In this document: one piece after another, positions 17,520 through 24,595 of the stretch
How positions within the stretch are numbered: position 1 is the stretch's first letter
Layout of the letters: each line of letters starts with the position of its first letter
Assembly (NCBI GenBank): GCA_965262975.1
Contig: OZ253575.1
Coordinates: 2,530,951-2,594,950 of the forward strand
Direction: 5' to 3'
DNA length: 64,000 nucleotides
DNA from: Tepidiformaceae bacterium
GTDB taxonomy: Bacteria; Chloroflexota; Dehalococcoidia; Tepidiformales; Tepidiformaceae
The notes under the pieces: generated by a model
The model's input: the letters and a program-made list of their open reading frames with translations, nothing else
Database searches by the model: none
What the model was told of the DNA's origin: nothing
Translations under genes and position numbers: made by a program

Positions 17520-18830
17520 ATGATGCGTCGGGCTCGTGCCTGTCTCCCGTTGTTCGCCTTCGTCGCTTCCCTCGCAGCGATGGCGTGCGGCGGCGAGACG
17601 ATCCCTCCCGCCCGCGAGTCCGGCGCATCAGCCCCCACCGCTACTTCGGCCACCCTGGCGGCGGAGCCGACGCGGACGGCCACTCCGACCGCTGTGCTCA
17701 CTGCCACACCCAGCCCCAGCGCCTCGCCCACGCCGACGCCGCCGACCGCCACCGCGACGCCCACGCCCGAACCGACGCCGGGGCGGACGGCCACTCCGAC
17801 CCCCTCGCCCGCGGCCAGGCCCACACCTGATCCGACTCCGGCCGCCACGGCCACACCGATATCTGCGGTGACGCCGACGCCCGAACTGACGCCTGAGCCG
17901 CCAGCCATCGAATACACGCCACTCACGTTCGGGGAGTCCCGTGCGCTGCCTGCGGGGACGACGCTCCATGTCCGGGAGTACTTCGGCTGCCATGGACCTC
18001 AGAATTGGCTCAGGGGAGTCGCCACGGACGAGGGCGAACTGCTGTGGGATTACCCGCTTACCGAACTGCCTCGGAACGACGACGCGGAGTGGGGGGACCG
18101 GGACCTGGTTGGTGTGAGTGCGAGCGGCCAAACCCTTGCGGCCTGGGTCTGCGAGCGGGGAGTGTGCAGGTCTCTCGGCGGCGTTGTGAGTGAGGATGAC
18201 GTCTCCTCGCTCTGGGTCTCGGGCGATGGAGGCGAGACGTGGGAGAGGTGGGGTGAGTTTCCGGAGGGGTGGATTTCGGTCGTCACCGACGACGATGTAG
18301 CCGTCTATTCGGACGATCCTCAACATCGGGCATGGTGGTTCCGCTCAGGGGAAGAAGTGTTGCCTCCAGAGGATCTTCTGAACCCACGCATCTGGGGGTG
18401 GCGAGCGGTCGGAGACCGCACCGAGTCCATCTGGGGAGACAGCGAGGGCACGGTCCTTGTGTCCACTTCTGGCGAGAGTCTTCCCCCCAGGCCTCAGGGC
18501 TTCGGCAGCGTGGCTACCCTGGCTGATGGGTCCATCCTCTGGAGCAGGGTCGAGCCCCGGAGCCGGGGGGAACGGGACCTGTTCCTGCACATGAACGACC
18601 AGGGCACAGGTTTGGCGGCGTATTCGTGGGAGGGCCCGAGGCCCCTGGTGCTCATCGACCAGTTGGACGAGGACTGGTACCTGTTTGTGGGGTTCCTTGG
18701 AGGTTCCTCATGTGGAGCGGTGGGCAGGACGGTGCTCGTGGACTTCAGCACGGGTACGGTGCACACGATCCCCGGGCTCGACGACAGGGCGCGCTTCGTT
18801 CCCTACGCCGCCCGGCCCGCGCCCGACTAG
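17520..18830 (+). CDS. Secreted/lipid-anchored protein with Pro/Thr-rich linker and uncharacterised C-terminal domain
   Basis: 436 aa. Signal peptide MMRRARACLPLFAFVASLAAMAC-GG, then ~110 aa of PT-rich linker (TPSPSASPTPTPPTATATPTPEPTP...). The following W/D-rich globular region (LWVSGDGGETWERWGEFPEGW...) matches no family I recognise. Confidence 0.75.
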   Translation: MMRRARACLPLFAFVASLAAMACGGETIPPARESGASAPTATSATLAAEPTRTATPTAVLTATPSPSASPTPTPPTATATPTPEPTPGRTATPTPSPAARPTPDPTPAATATPISAVTPTPELTPEPPAIEYTPLTFGESRALPAGTTLHVREYFGCHGPQNWLRGVATDEGELLWDYPLTELPRNDDAEWGDRDLVGVSASGQTLAAWVCERGVCRSLGGVVSEDDVSSLWVSGDGGETWERWGEFPEGWISVVTDDDVAVYSDDPQHRAWWFRSGEEVLPPEDLLNPRIWGWRAVGDRTESIWGDSEGTVLVSTSGESLPPRPQGFGSVATLADGSILWSRVEPRSRGERDLFLHMNDQGTGLAAYSWEGPRPLVLIDQLDEDWYLFVGFLGGSSCGAVGRTVLVDFSTGTVHTIPGLDDRARFVPYAARPAPD

Positions 18831-19549
18831 CGGGCGCCCGGGGGGGCGACGAGGACGGCCTGGGCGCTGGCGGGGCTGGCGCCGGCGGGGGCGCGCGTGG
18901 CGATGCGGTCGCCGCCGGTGATGGGAGCGTCGTAGGGCTCGAGGAAGAAGAGGGACACGCCCGCGAAGAGCTGCACGGTGATGGGTCCGTCGGGACCGCT
19001 GAGGGTGATGTCGGCGCCGCCTTCAGTCGCGCCGGGGGTGACGCTCTCCACCCGGCCCCAGAGAACGGGGCGGTGGTTCGGGTTGCTCAGGAGCTCCAGA
19101 CCGGTGAAGCCCGCCGCCGAGCGCGCGAGTCCGTCGGCGAGGGGGGCGCCCGGCTCGCGGATGACGATGACCTGGCGGATGACGTAATTGCGCACGGGGT
19201 CGCCTTCGCCGGTGAACGTGAGCCACTGGCCGCGCTCGATGCCGGAGGGCAGTCCGGGCACGAGCGCCTCGAGCACGACGCCTGGGGGGAGGGCGACGGT
19301 GAGCGGCTCCCCCTCGGTGTTGGCAGACAGGAGCGTGAGCGTCGCGCCGTTGATCTCGCGCACGTCGAAGACGGCGGCGGGGCGGGCCGGCTGGGGCGTC
19401 ACGAACGGCCCCGCCTCCGGGGGCGCGTCGCTGCCGGCCGATTGCGAGACGATGAAGGCCACGGCCCCACCCCCGACTAGCAGCGCCAGCACAACGACGA
19501 TCGCGGCCACGGGCGCGAGCAGCCGCCGTCGCAAGGGGGCAGGCGGCAT
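18827..19549 (-). CDS. Membrane-anchored hypothetical protein
   Basis: ORF 18827..19666. ATG 19549 (verified) gives MPPAPLRRRLLAPVAAIVVVLALLVGGGAVAFIV (signal anchor), followed by an extracytoplasmic domain of unknown family. Confidence 0.6.
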   Translation of the reverse strand: MPPAPLRRRLLAPVAAIVVVLALLVGGGAVAFIVSQSAGSDAPPEAGPFVTPQPARPAAVFDVREINGATLTLLSANTEGEPLTVALPPGVVLEALVPGLPSGIERGQWLTFTGEGDPVRNYVIRQVIVIREPGAPLADGLARSAAGFTGLELLSNPNHRPVLWGRVESVTPGATEGGADITLSGPDGPITVQLFAGVSLFFLEPYDAPITGGDRIATRAPAGASPASAQAVLVAPPGAR

Positions 19550-19621
19550 CAGGGGCTCTTCGATAGCCACGCGCCCATGATAGATGGCGCGCGGCGCGGA
19601 TGGCGGGACCGGGGGGGGGAT

Positions 19622-19651
19622 GGCGTAATTCGGGGCTTCCCCTGTTAGGGT
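19622..19651 (+). promoter_or_regulatory. Conserved promoter-like box GGCGTAATTC-N14-TAGGGT (copy 3 of 5)
   Basis: GGCGTAATTC ggggcttcccctgt TAGGGT, then 6 nt (cgcgcc) to GTG 19658. Confidence 0.55.
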
Positions 19652-19657
19652 CGCGCC

Positions 19658-19681
19658 GTGACACACAGGGGCGTCCTGTGA
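19658..19681 (+). CDS. Candidate leaderless 7-codon uORF (MTHRGVL*) coupled by GUGA to NHL paralogue 1
   Basis: GTG ACA CAC AGG GGC GTC CTG TGA. The TGA overlaps the main-ORF GTG 19678. A CACAGG-ggcgt-CCTGTG hairpin spans the uORF and contains the main start codon. Confidence 0.4.
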   Translation: MTHRGVL

Positions 19682-22035
19682 GGAAGCTGATCGTCGCCGC
19701 GCTGGCCGCGCTGCTCGGCGTGGTGGTGCTGGCGGTAGGCGCCGCCCAGGGGAGTGTGACGGCCAACGTCGAGGTGCGCGTCTGGCAGAACGTCCGGGAC
19801 GACCTCGACATCAGCATCAGCGCCCGTCCCCAGGGTGGCTCGTGGCGGACCCTGGGGGCGGTGGATCTGCCGCTCGACGACGGCGTCAGCGCAACGGGGT
19901 CCCGCTACGGCGACATCGCGCTCGACGTTCCCCTCCGAACCGGGGGTTCTGTAGCCACCATTGAGGTGCGCGTCTGGCAGAACGTCGGGAACCCCAGGCT
20001 CATCTACATCAGCGCCCGGCACGCGGGAGGCTTGTGGAGCACGCTCGGCACTGTCCGCATGCCGATGGACGAGATCAGCCTCGCGGGCCGCTTCCGCTTT
20101 AGCGACATCACCCTCGAGGTTCCGCTTCCCGAGGGGGAGGTCACGACGCTCGTTGGGCGCCAGGGCTTCTGGGGGTACCAGGATGGCAGCGGTACAGCCG
20201 TGCTCTTCGGGGGCAGGGCCGGGGCCGCCCGGATTGTCGAGTTGGCGGCCCACCCCGACGGCCGGGTCATCATTTCGGACAGGTTCAGTAACGCGATTCG
20301 CGAGCTCTCGACCGATGGCGTGGTCACGACGATCGCGGGCGGCATTGGCTATGGGGACGACGATGGCCCCGGCTCAGTCGCGCAGTTCAGCGGGCCCGAC
20401 GATCTCGCCGTCGATGCCGACGGGAACATCTACGTAGCCGACCGGGGCAACGAATTGATCCGCAAGATCACGCCCGATGGCGCCGTGTCCACGATTGCGG
20501 GAGGTGGGCAGGGGGTCGGCGGGGGCCCTGCCCTGGAAGCGGACCTCGACCAGCCGCGCGGGGTTGCGCTCGATGGCTCGGGGAACCTGTACATCCTGGA
20601 GAAGCATCGAATCTTGCTCCTCTCGCCGGAAGGCCTCCTCTCGACGGTCGCGGGAGGAGGGGGGCAGGAACAGGTTGATGGCCCGAGTGAGCGGGCTCAG
20701 TTCGCCCACCTGCATGACATCGACGTGGACGACGCCGGCAACCTCTACGTGATCGACATCGACGATGGGGCGAATACCGAGTCCGCATCAATCCGCAAGG
20801 TCGATGCGAACGGCACGGTCAGCACCCTTCTCTTCAGCAAGCCTCCGAGCCTTGGCGGCCTGCTGGCCTATCCGAACGGTCTTGCGGTAGCGGGCGACGG
20901 GACCGTGTTCGTGGCGAACTCGGGGCGCCACCAGATCGTGAGGCTGACTGCCGAGGGAGAGCTGCGGGGGATCGCCGGAACGGGCGCGGAGGGTTCAGCC
21001 GATGGGCCCGCGGGGACGGCCACGTTCTACCGGCCGAAGTCGCTCGACATCATGCCGGATGGTTCGCTCGTCGTGTTCGACCAGGACGGCACCGTCATTC
21101 GCCGGATCACGCCTGCCGAGGAGGGGTTCCCGCTCGGCACTGTTGCCCTCGCGGAAGGTGAGCAGACCCCGCGGATCGAGGGCGTGGCGGTGAGCGCCTT
21201 TGCCCGCAGCCCGTTCCTCCTCCCAATTGACCTGGCCCGCACCGAAGATGGCTCCATCTTCGTCGGCGACAACAATGATGGCGTCTGGCGGGTCACACCG
21301 GGTAGAAGGTTCGTCGCCCTGGCGGGCGAGAACGGGATGGGCTTCAGCGACGGTCCCGCGGATGAGGCCGAGTTCAGCTCGCCAGAAGGGATCGTCGTCG
21401 ATGGCGACGGCAACATCCTGCTGGCCGACTACGGGAACCGGGCTATCCGCCAGATCGCGCCCGACGGCGCCGTCACGACGGTCCACACGTTCGGGAAGAA
21501 CCCCCATCTGCTGGACTACGACAGCGACGGCAACCTCCTGGTTCTCCTCCGTGGCGGGATTGGCGGGGACGAGATCGTGCGCTTCAGCCCCGACGGCGCC
21601 AGGTCGACGGTCGCCACGCCCCGGTTCGACGCCATCTCGGGCATGGGCGTGAGCCCCGACGGTGAGCTCTGGCTCATAGGCACGGACTACCTGTCCGGCA
21701 CGACGATCGTGAGGCGTGCGAGTAATGGCGACTTCACGACCGTGCTCGAGAGTGGCACGGGCCGGTACGGAGGCCTGTTCTCCATCCAGGTGCGAGGCGT
21801 CGACTTCTCGCCCGACGGCATGGCCTACGTGACGGACTCCAAGTACGGACGCATCCTCAGGATCGCTCCCGACGGCACCGTAGCGACGGTGCTCGACCGG
21901 GAGCAGTTCGGCGGTTCCGCTGACTTCACGCCGCGGGGGCTCGTGGTCACCTCAAGTGGCCTTCTGTTCGTTACCAGCGGAGGGTTCCACCCCTCGCAGG
22001 GTACGGTCTGGCAGATCACGCTCCCGGACGAGTAG
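19678..22035 (+). CDS. Secreted protein: 2x 'VRVWQ' N-terminal module + NHL-repeat beta-propellers (paralogue 1)
   Basis: ORF 19600..22035. GTG 19678 gives the signal peptide MRKLIVAALAALLGVVVLAVGAAQG. Modules: VEVRVWQNVRDDLDISISARPQGGSWRTLGAVDLPLDDGVSATGSRYGDIALDVPL and IEVRVWQNVGNPRLIYISARHAGGLWSTLGTVRMPMDE... About 12 NHL-type repeats follow, e.g. PDDLAVDADGNIYVADRGNELIRKITPDGAVSTIAGG. Confidence 0.85.
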   Translation: MRKLIVAALAALLGVVVLAVGAAQGSVTANVEVRVWQNVRDDLDISISARPQGGSWRTLGAVDLPLDDGVSATGSRYGDIALDVPLRTGGSVATIEVRVWQNVGNPRLIYISARHAGGLWSTLGTVRMPMDEISLAGRFRFSDITLEVPLPEGEVTTLVGRQGFWGYQDGSGTAVLFGGRAGAARIVELAAHPDGRVIISDRFSNAIRELSTDGVVTTIAGGIGYGDDDGPGSVAQFSGPDDLAVDADGNIYVADRGNELIRKITPDGAVSTIAGGGQGVGGGPALEADLDQPRGVALDGSGNLYILEKHRILLLSPEGLLSTVAGGGGQEQVDGPSERAQFAHLHDIDVDDAGNLYVIDIDDGANTESASIRKVDANGTVSTLLFSKPPSLGGLLAYPNGLAVAGDGTVFVANSGRHQIVRLTAEGELRGIAGTGAEGSADGPAGTATFYRPKSLDIMPDGSLVVFDQDGTVIRRITPAEEGFPLGTVALAEGEQTPRIEGVAVSAFARSPFLLPIDLARTEDGSIFVGDNNDGVWRVTPGRRFVALAGENGMGFSDGPADEAEFSSPEGIVVDGDGNILLADYGNRAIRQIAPDGAVTTVHTFGKNPHLLDYDSDGNLLVLLRGGIGGDEIVRFSPDGARSTVATPRFDAISGMGVSPDGELWLIGTDYLSGTTIVRRASNGDFTTVLESGTGRYGGLFSIQVRGVDFSPDGMAYVTDSKYGRILRIAPDGTVATVLDREQFGGSADFTPRGLVVTSSGLLFVTSGGFHPSQGTVWQITLPDE

Positions 22036-22051
22036 CGCTTCGGAGGTGGGT

Positions 22052-22081
22052 GGGGTAATGCCGATGCTCGTCTGCTAGGGT
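22052..22081 (+). promoter_or_regulatory. Conserved promoter-like box GGGGTAATGC-N14-TAGGGT (copy 4 of 5)
   Basis: GGGGTAATGC cgatgctcgtctgc TAGGGT, then 7 nt (cgcgccc) to GTG 22089. Confidence 0.55.
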
Positions 22082-22088
22082 CGCGCCC

Positions 22089-22112
22089 GTGACACATGGG
22101 GGCGCCCTGTGA
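22089..22112 (+). CDS. Candidate leaderless 7-codon uORF (MTHGGAL*) coupled by GUGA to NHL paralogue 2
   Basis: GTG ACA CAT GGG GGC GCC CTG TGA. The TGA overlaps the main-ORF GTG 22109. Same length and position as the 19658 uORF, and a CACA(U)GGG/CCCUGUG hairpin is retained. Confidence 0.4.
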   Translation: MTHGGAL

Positions 22113-24595
22113 GGAGGCTGATCGTCGCGGCGGTGGCGGCGGTGCTCGGCCTGGCGGTGGTGGCGACTGCTGCGGCGCAGGGTGAGACGACGGCGCGGAT
22201 CGAGGTGCGCGTCTGGCAGGACGTGGGGGACGAACTCGACATCTACATCAGCGCGCGCCCCGAGGACGGCGACTGGATGGGGCTGGGGACGATCCCGTTG
22301 CCGCTGGACGATGGAGTGAGCTCCACGGGCCGGTTCCGCTACGGCGAATTCGCGGTCGATGTGCCCCTGCCCGGCCGGGCGGCGCCGGCAACGGTCGAGG
22401 TGCGCGTCTGGCAGGACGTGGGGAACAGCGCAAGTTTCTACATCAGCGCGCGCCCGGCGGAGGGTGACTGGAGCAGGCTGGGGACGATTCCGCTGCTGCT
22501 GGATGACGGGGTGAGCTCCGTGGGGTTCCGCTACGGCGATATCAGCCTCGAGGTGCCCGTCCCGCCCAGCGAAGTTTCGACCCTCGCGGGCTGGCCCGGT
22601 GTGGAGGGGTACGTTGATGGGCAGGGTGATGAGGCGCGATTCGGGGCGTTCGGCTTCCTCCTCCAGCACCAGCCCTGGGCCCTCGGGCTGGCCGCTGATC
22701 GGGACGGGAGCGTGGTTGTAGCGGACTACTACAACAATGCCATCCGCCGGATTGCGCCGGAGGGGACGGTTACGACGGTCGCCGGCGCCGGCCAGGGCAT
22801 GCTGGACGGCGAAGCGGCGCTTGCCCGGTTCTCCCAGCCGCGTGATGTAGCCGTGGACCCGCAGGGGACCATCTATGTGGCCGACGAGGGGAACAACCGC
22901 ATCCGCAAGATCACTGCGGACGGGGTGGTCACCACCGCCGCCGGAACCGGCCAGTCCGGGTACGGTGACGGCCCTGCCGAAGAGGCCCTCTTTGAATCCC
23001 CGCTCGGCGTTGCCCTGGGGCCGTTGGGCGACCTCTACATCATCGAGCGGACGCGGATCAGGCGCCTTTCGCCCTCGGGCCAGGTCTCGACGTTCGCCGG
23101 TGGCGCCAGACGCGGCACGCGCGATGGCTGGAGAGAGAACGCCCAATTCTCCTCCCTGCAGGACATCGAGATCGACGACTCGGGCAACATTTTCGTCATC
23201 AATGTCAATGACAGCTTCGGGGATATGACCGAGTACTCATCCATCCGCCTCATCGACACCAGCGGTACCGTCAGCACCCTCCTGCGAAGCGAGGGGCTGA
23301 ACCTTGGGGGGGCGCTGGGCTTCCCGGGAGGCATTGCGCCCGCGGGCGACGGCGGTGTCTACCTGTCCAACAGCGGCCTCAACCAGATCATCCGGGTCAC
23401 CCGCACGGGCGAGATCGAGGGCGTGGCCGGGACGGGAGAGGGTGGCTACCTGAACGGGCTCCGAAGCGAGGCGCGCTTCAGCCTTCCGGGGTCGATCGCG
23501 GTCTCGTCCACTGGCGTCCTGTTCGTGGCCGACCAGGCGGCCACGGTCGTTCGTGCGATTGATCTGGGTGGCCGAGGGCTTTCCGTGGGCCCCGTGCCCC
23601 TTGCGCAGCACGAGGGACCCCCGCGGATTCCCGGTGTTGTGGTCGCGGCGGTCCCGCTGCCGGAATCTTTCTTCCCCGTCACGATGGTGCTGGACCCCGA
23701 CGGCAACCTCGTGACATCCGCCCAGTTCCGCCACGAGATCCAGCAGCTTGCCCCGGACGGGACGGTCACGACCCTGGCGGGCGGAAACGGCGAGGGGTTC
23801 CTGGATGGCCCGGGCGACGAGGCGCAGTTCTCTCAGCCCCGCCTGCTTGCCGTGGATGCGGAGGGCGCCGTCTTCGTGCTGGACACGGGCAATCAAGCCA
23901 TCCGCCGCGTCGCGCCCGATGGGACGGTCACAACGGTCCTTGCCCGGCTCTCCCTGAGAGTCTGGGCTATCGAGGATATGGCTGTGGATCAGGACGGCAA
24001 CCTGCTCATCGTCGAGGGCAGCAGCATCTGGCGCCTCCGGGACGGAGCGCTCTCGCCTGCCGGCGACGCCCAGGGGCATTGGATAAAGGCCATTGACGTG
24101 GACGAGAGCGGACAGATCCACGTCGCGGCCGGGTTTACGGGCCTCGTGGGCAGGATCGATGAGACTGGCGGCTTCACCACGCTGCTGGAGGCTCGACCGG
24201 GATGGTACGGCGGCGTGCTTTCCGGCTTCTCGCCAGGCATCGCGGCGGGGAGCGACGGCACGGTCTACGTGCTCGACTTCGACTACCAGAGGGTGCTGAG
24301 CATCTCCCCGGAGGGGGAGGTCGCAATCGTGGTCGACCGCGAGTCGTTCCCCGGGGTGCGAACCTTCTATCCAACGACCATCCTGTTGACCCCCGAGGGC
24401 GATCTGCTCTTGGGTGACGGCGGCAGGATCTGGAGGGTCACGCTCCCGGAGCGGCCGTGGTGGGGTAATTCCCCTGGTGGTCTGCTAGGGTCGCGCGATG
24501 CCGCCTGCGGGGAGCGTTGCGAGAGGGCTGGTCATCCTGGCGGTGGCGGCCGTGCTCGGGCTGGAGGTGGTGGCGGGCGTCGGGGCGCAGGGTGA
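22109..24595 (+). CDS. Secreted 2x 'VRVWQ' + NHL-repeat protein (paralogue 2) with read-through C-terminal extension
   Basis: 828 aa: MRRLIVAAVAAVLGLAVVATAAAQG, IEVRVWQDVGDELDIYISARPEDGDWMGLGTIPLPLDDGVSSTGRFRYGEFAVDVPLP, and a second module. NHL repeats, e.g. PRDVAVDPQGTIYVADEGNNRIRKITADGVVTTAAG. Paralogues end at ...ITLP(D/E)E*. This copy continues RVTLPERPWWGNSPGG... for ~58 aa, across the next promoter box and the next gene's start. Confidence 0.8.
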   Translation: MRRLIVAAVAAVLGLAVVATAAAQGETTARIEVRVWQDVGDELDIYISARPEDGDWMGLGTIPLPLDDGVSSTGRFRYGEFAVDVPLPGRAAPATVEVRVWQDVGNSASFYISARPAEGDWSRLGTIPLLLDDGVSSVGFRYGDISLEVPVPPSEVSTLAGWPGVEGYVDGQGDEARFGAFGFLLQHQPWALGLAADRDGSVVVADYYNNAIRRIAPEGTVTTVAGAGQGMLDGEAALARFSQPRDVAVDPQGTIYVADEGNNRIRKITADGVVTTAAGTGQSGYGDGPAEEALFESPLGVALGPLGDLYIIERTRIRRLSPSGQVSTFAGGARRGTRDGWRENAQFSSLQDIEIDDSGNIFVINVNDSFGDMTEYSSIRLIDTSGTVSTLLRSEGLNLGGALGFPGGIAPAGDGGVYLSNSGLNQIIRVTRTGEIEGVAGTGEGGYLNGLRSEARFSLPGSIAVSSTGVLFVADQAATVVRAIDLGGRGLSVGPVPLAQHEGPPRIPGVVVAAVPLPESFFPVTMVLDPDGNLVTSAQFRHEIQQLAPDGTVTTLAGGNGEGFLDGPGDEAQFSQPRLLAVDAEGAVFVLDTGNQAIRRVAPDGTVTTVLARLSLRVWAIEDMAVDQDGNLLIVEGSSIWRLRDGALSPAGDAQGHWIKAIDVDESGQIHVAAGFTGLVGRIDETGGFTTLLEARPGWYGGVLSGFSPGIAAGSDGTVYVLDFDYQRVLSISPEGEVAIVVDRESFPGVRTFYPTTILLTPEGDLLLGDGGRIWRVTLPERPWWGNSPGGLLGSRDAACGERCERAGHPGGGGRARAGGGGGRRGAG
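24462..24491 (+). promoter_or_regulatory. Conserved promoter-like box GGGGTAATTC-N14-TAGGGT (copy 5 of 5)
   Basis: GGGGTAATTC ccctggtggtctgc TAGGGT, then 6 nt (cgcgcg) to ATG 24498 (leaderless main ORF). Confidence 0.55.

Noticed and set aside
14620-17628. 1002-aa and 552-aa minus-strand ORFs opposite the second permease
   Set aside because: They are antisense to a coherent FtsX-type permease, have Arg/His/Gly-rich junk composition, and show no start context.
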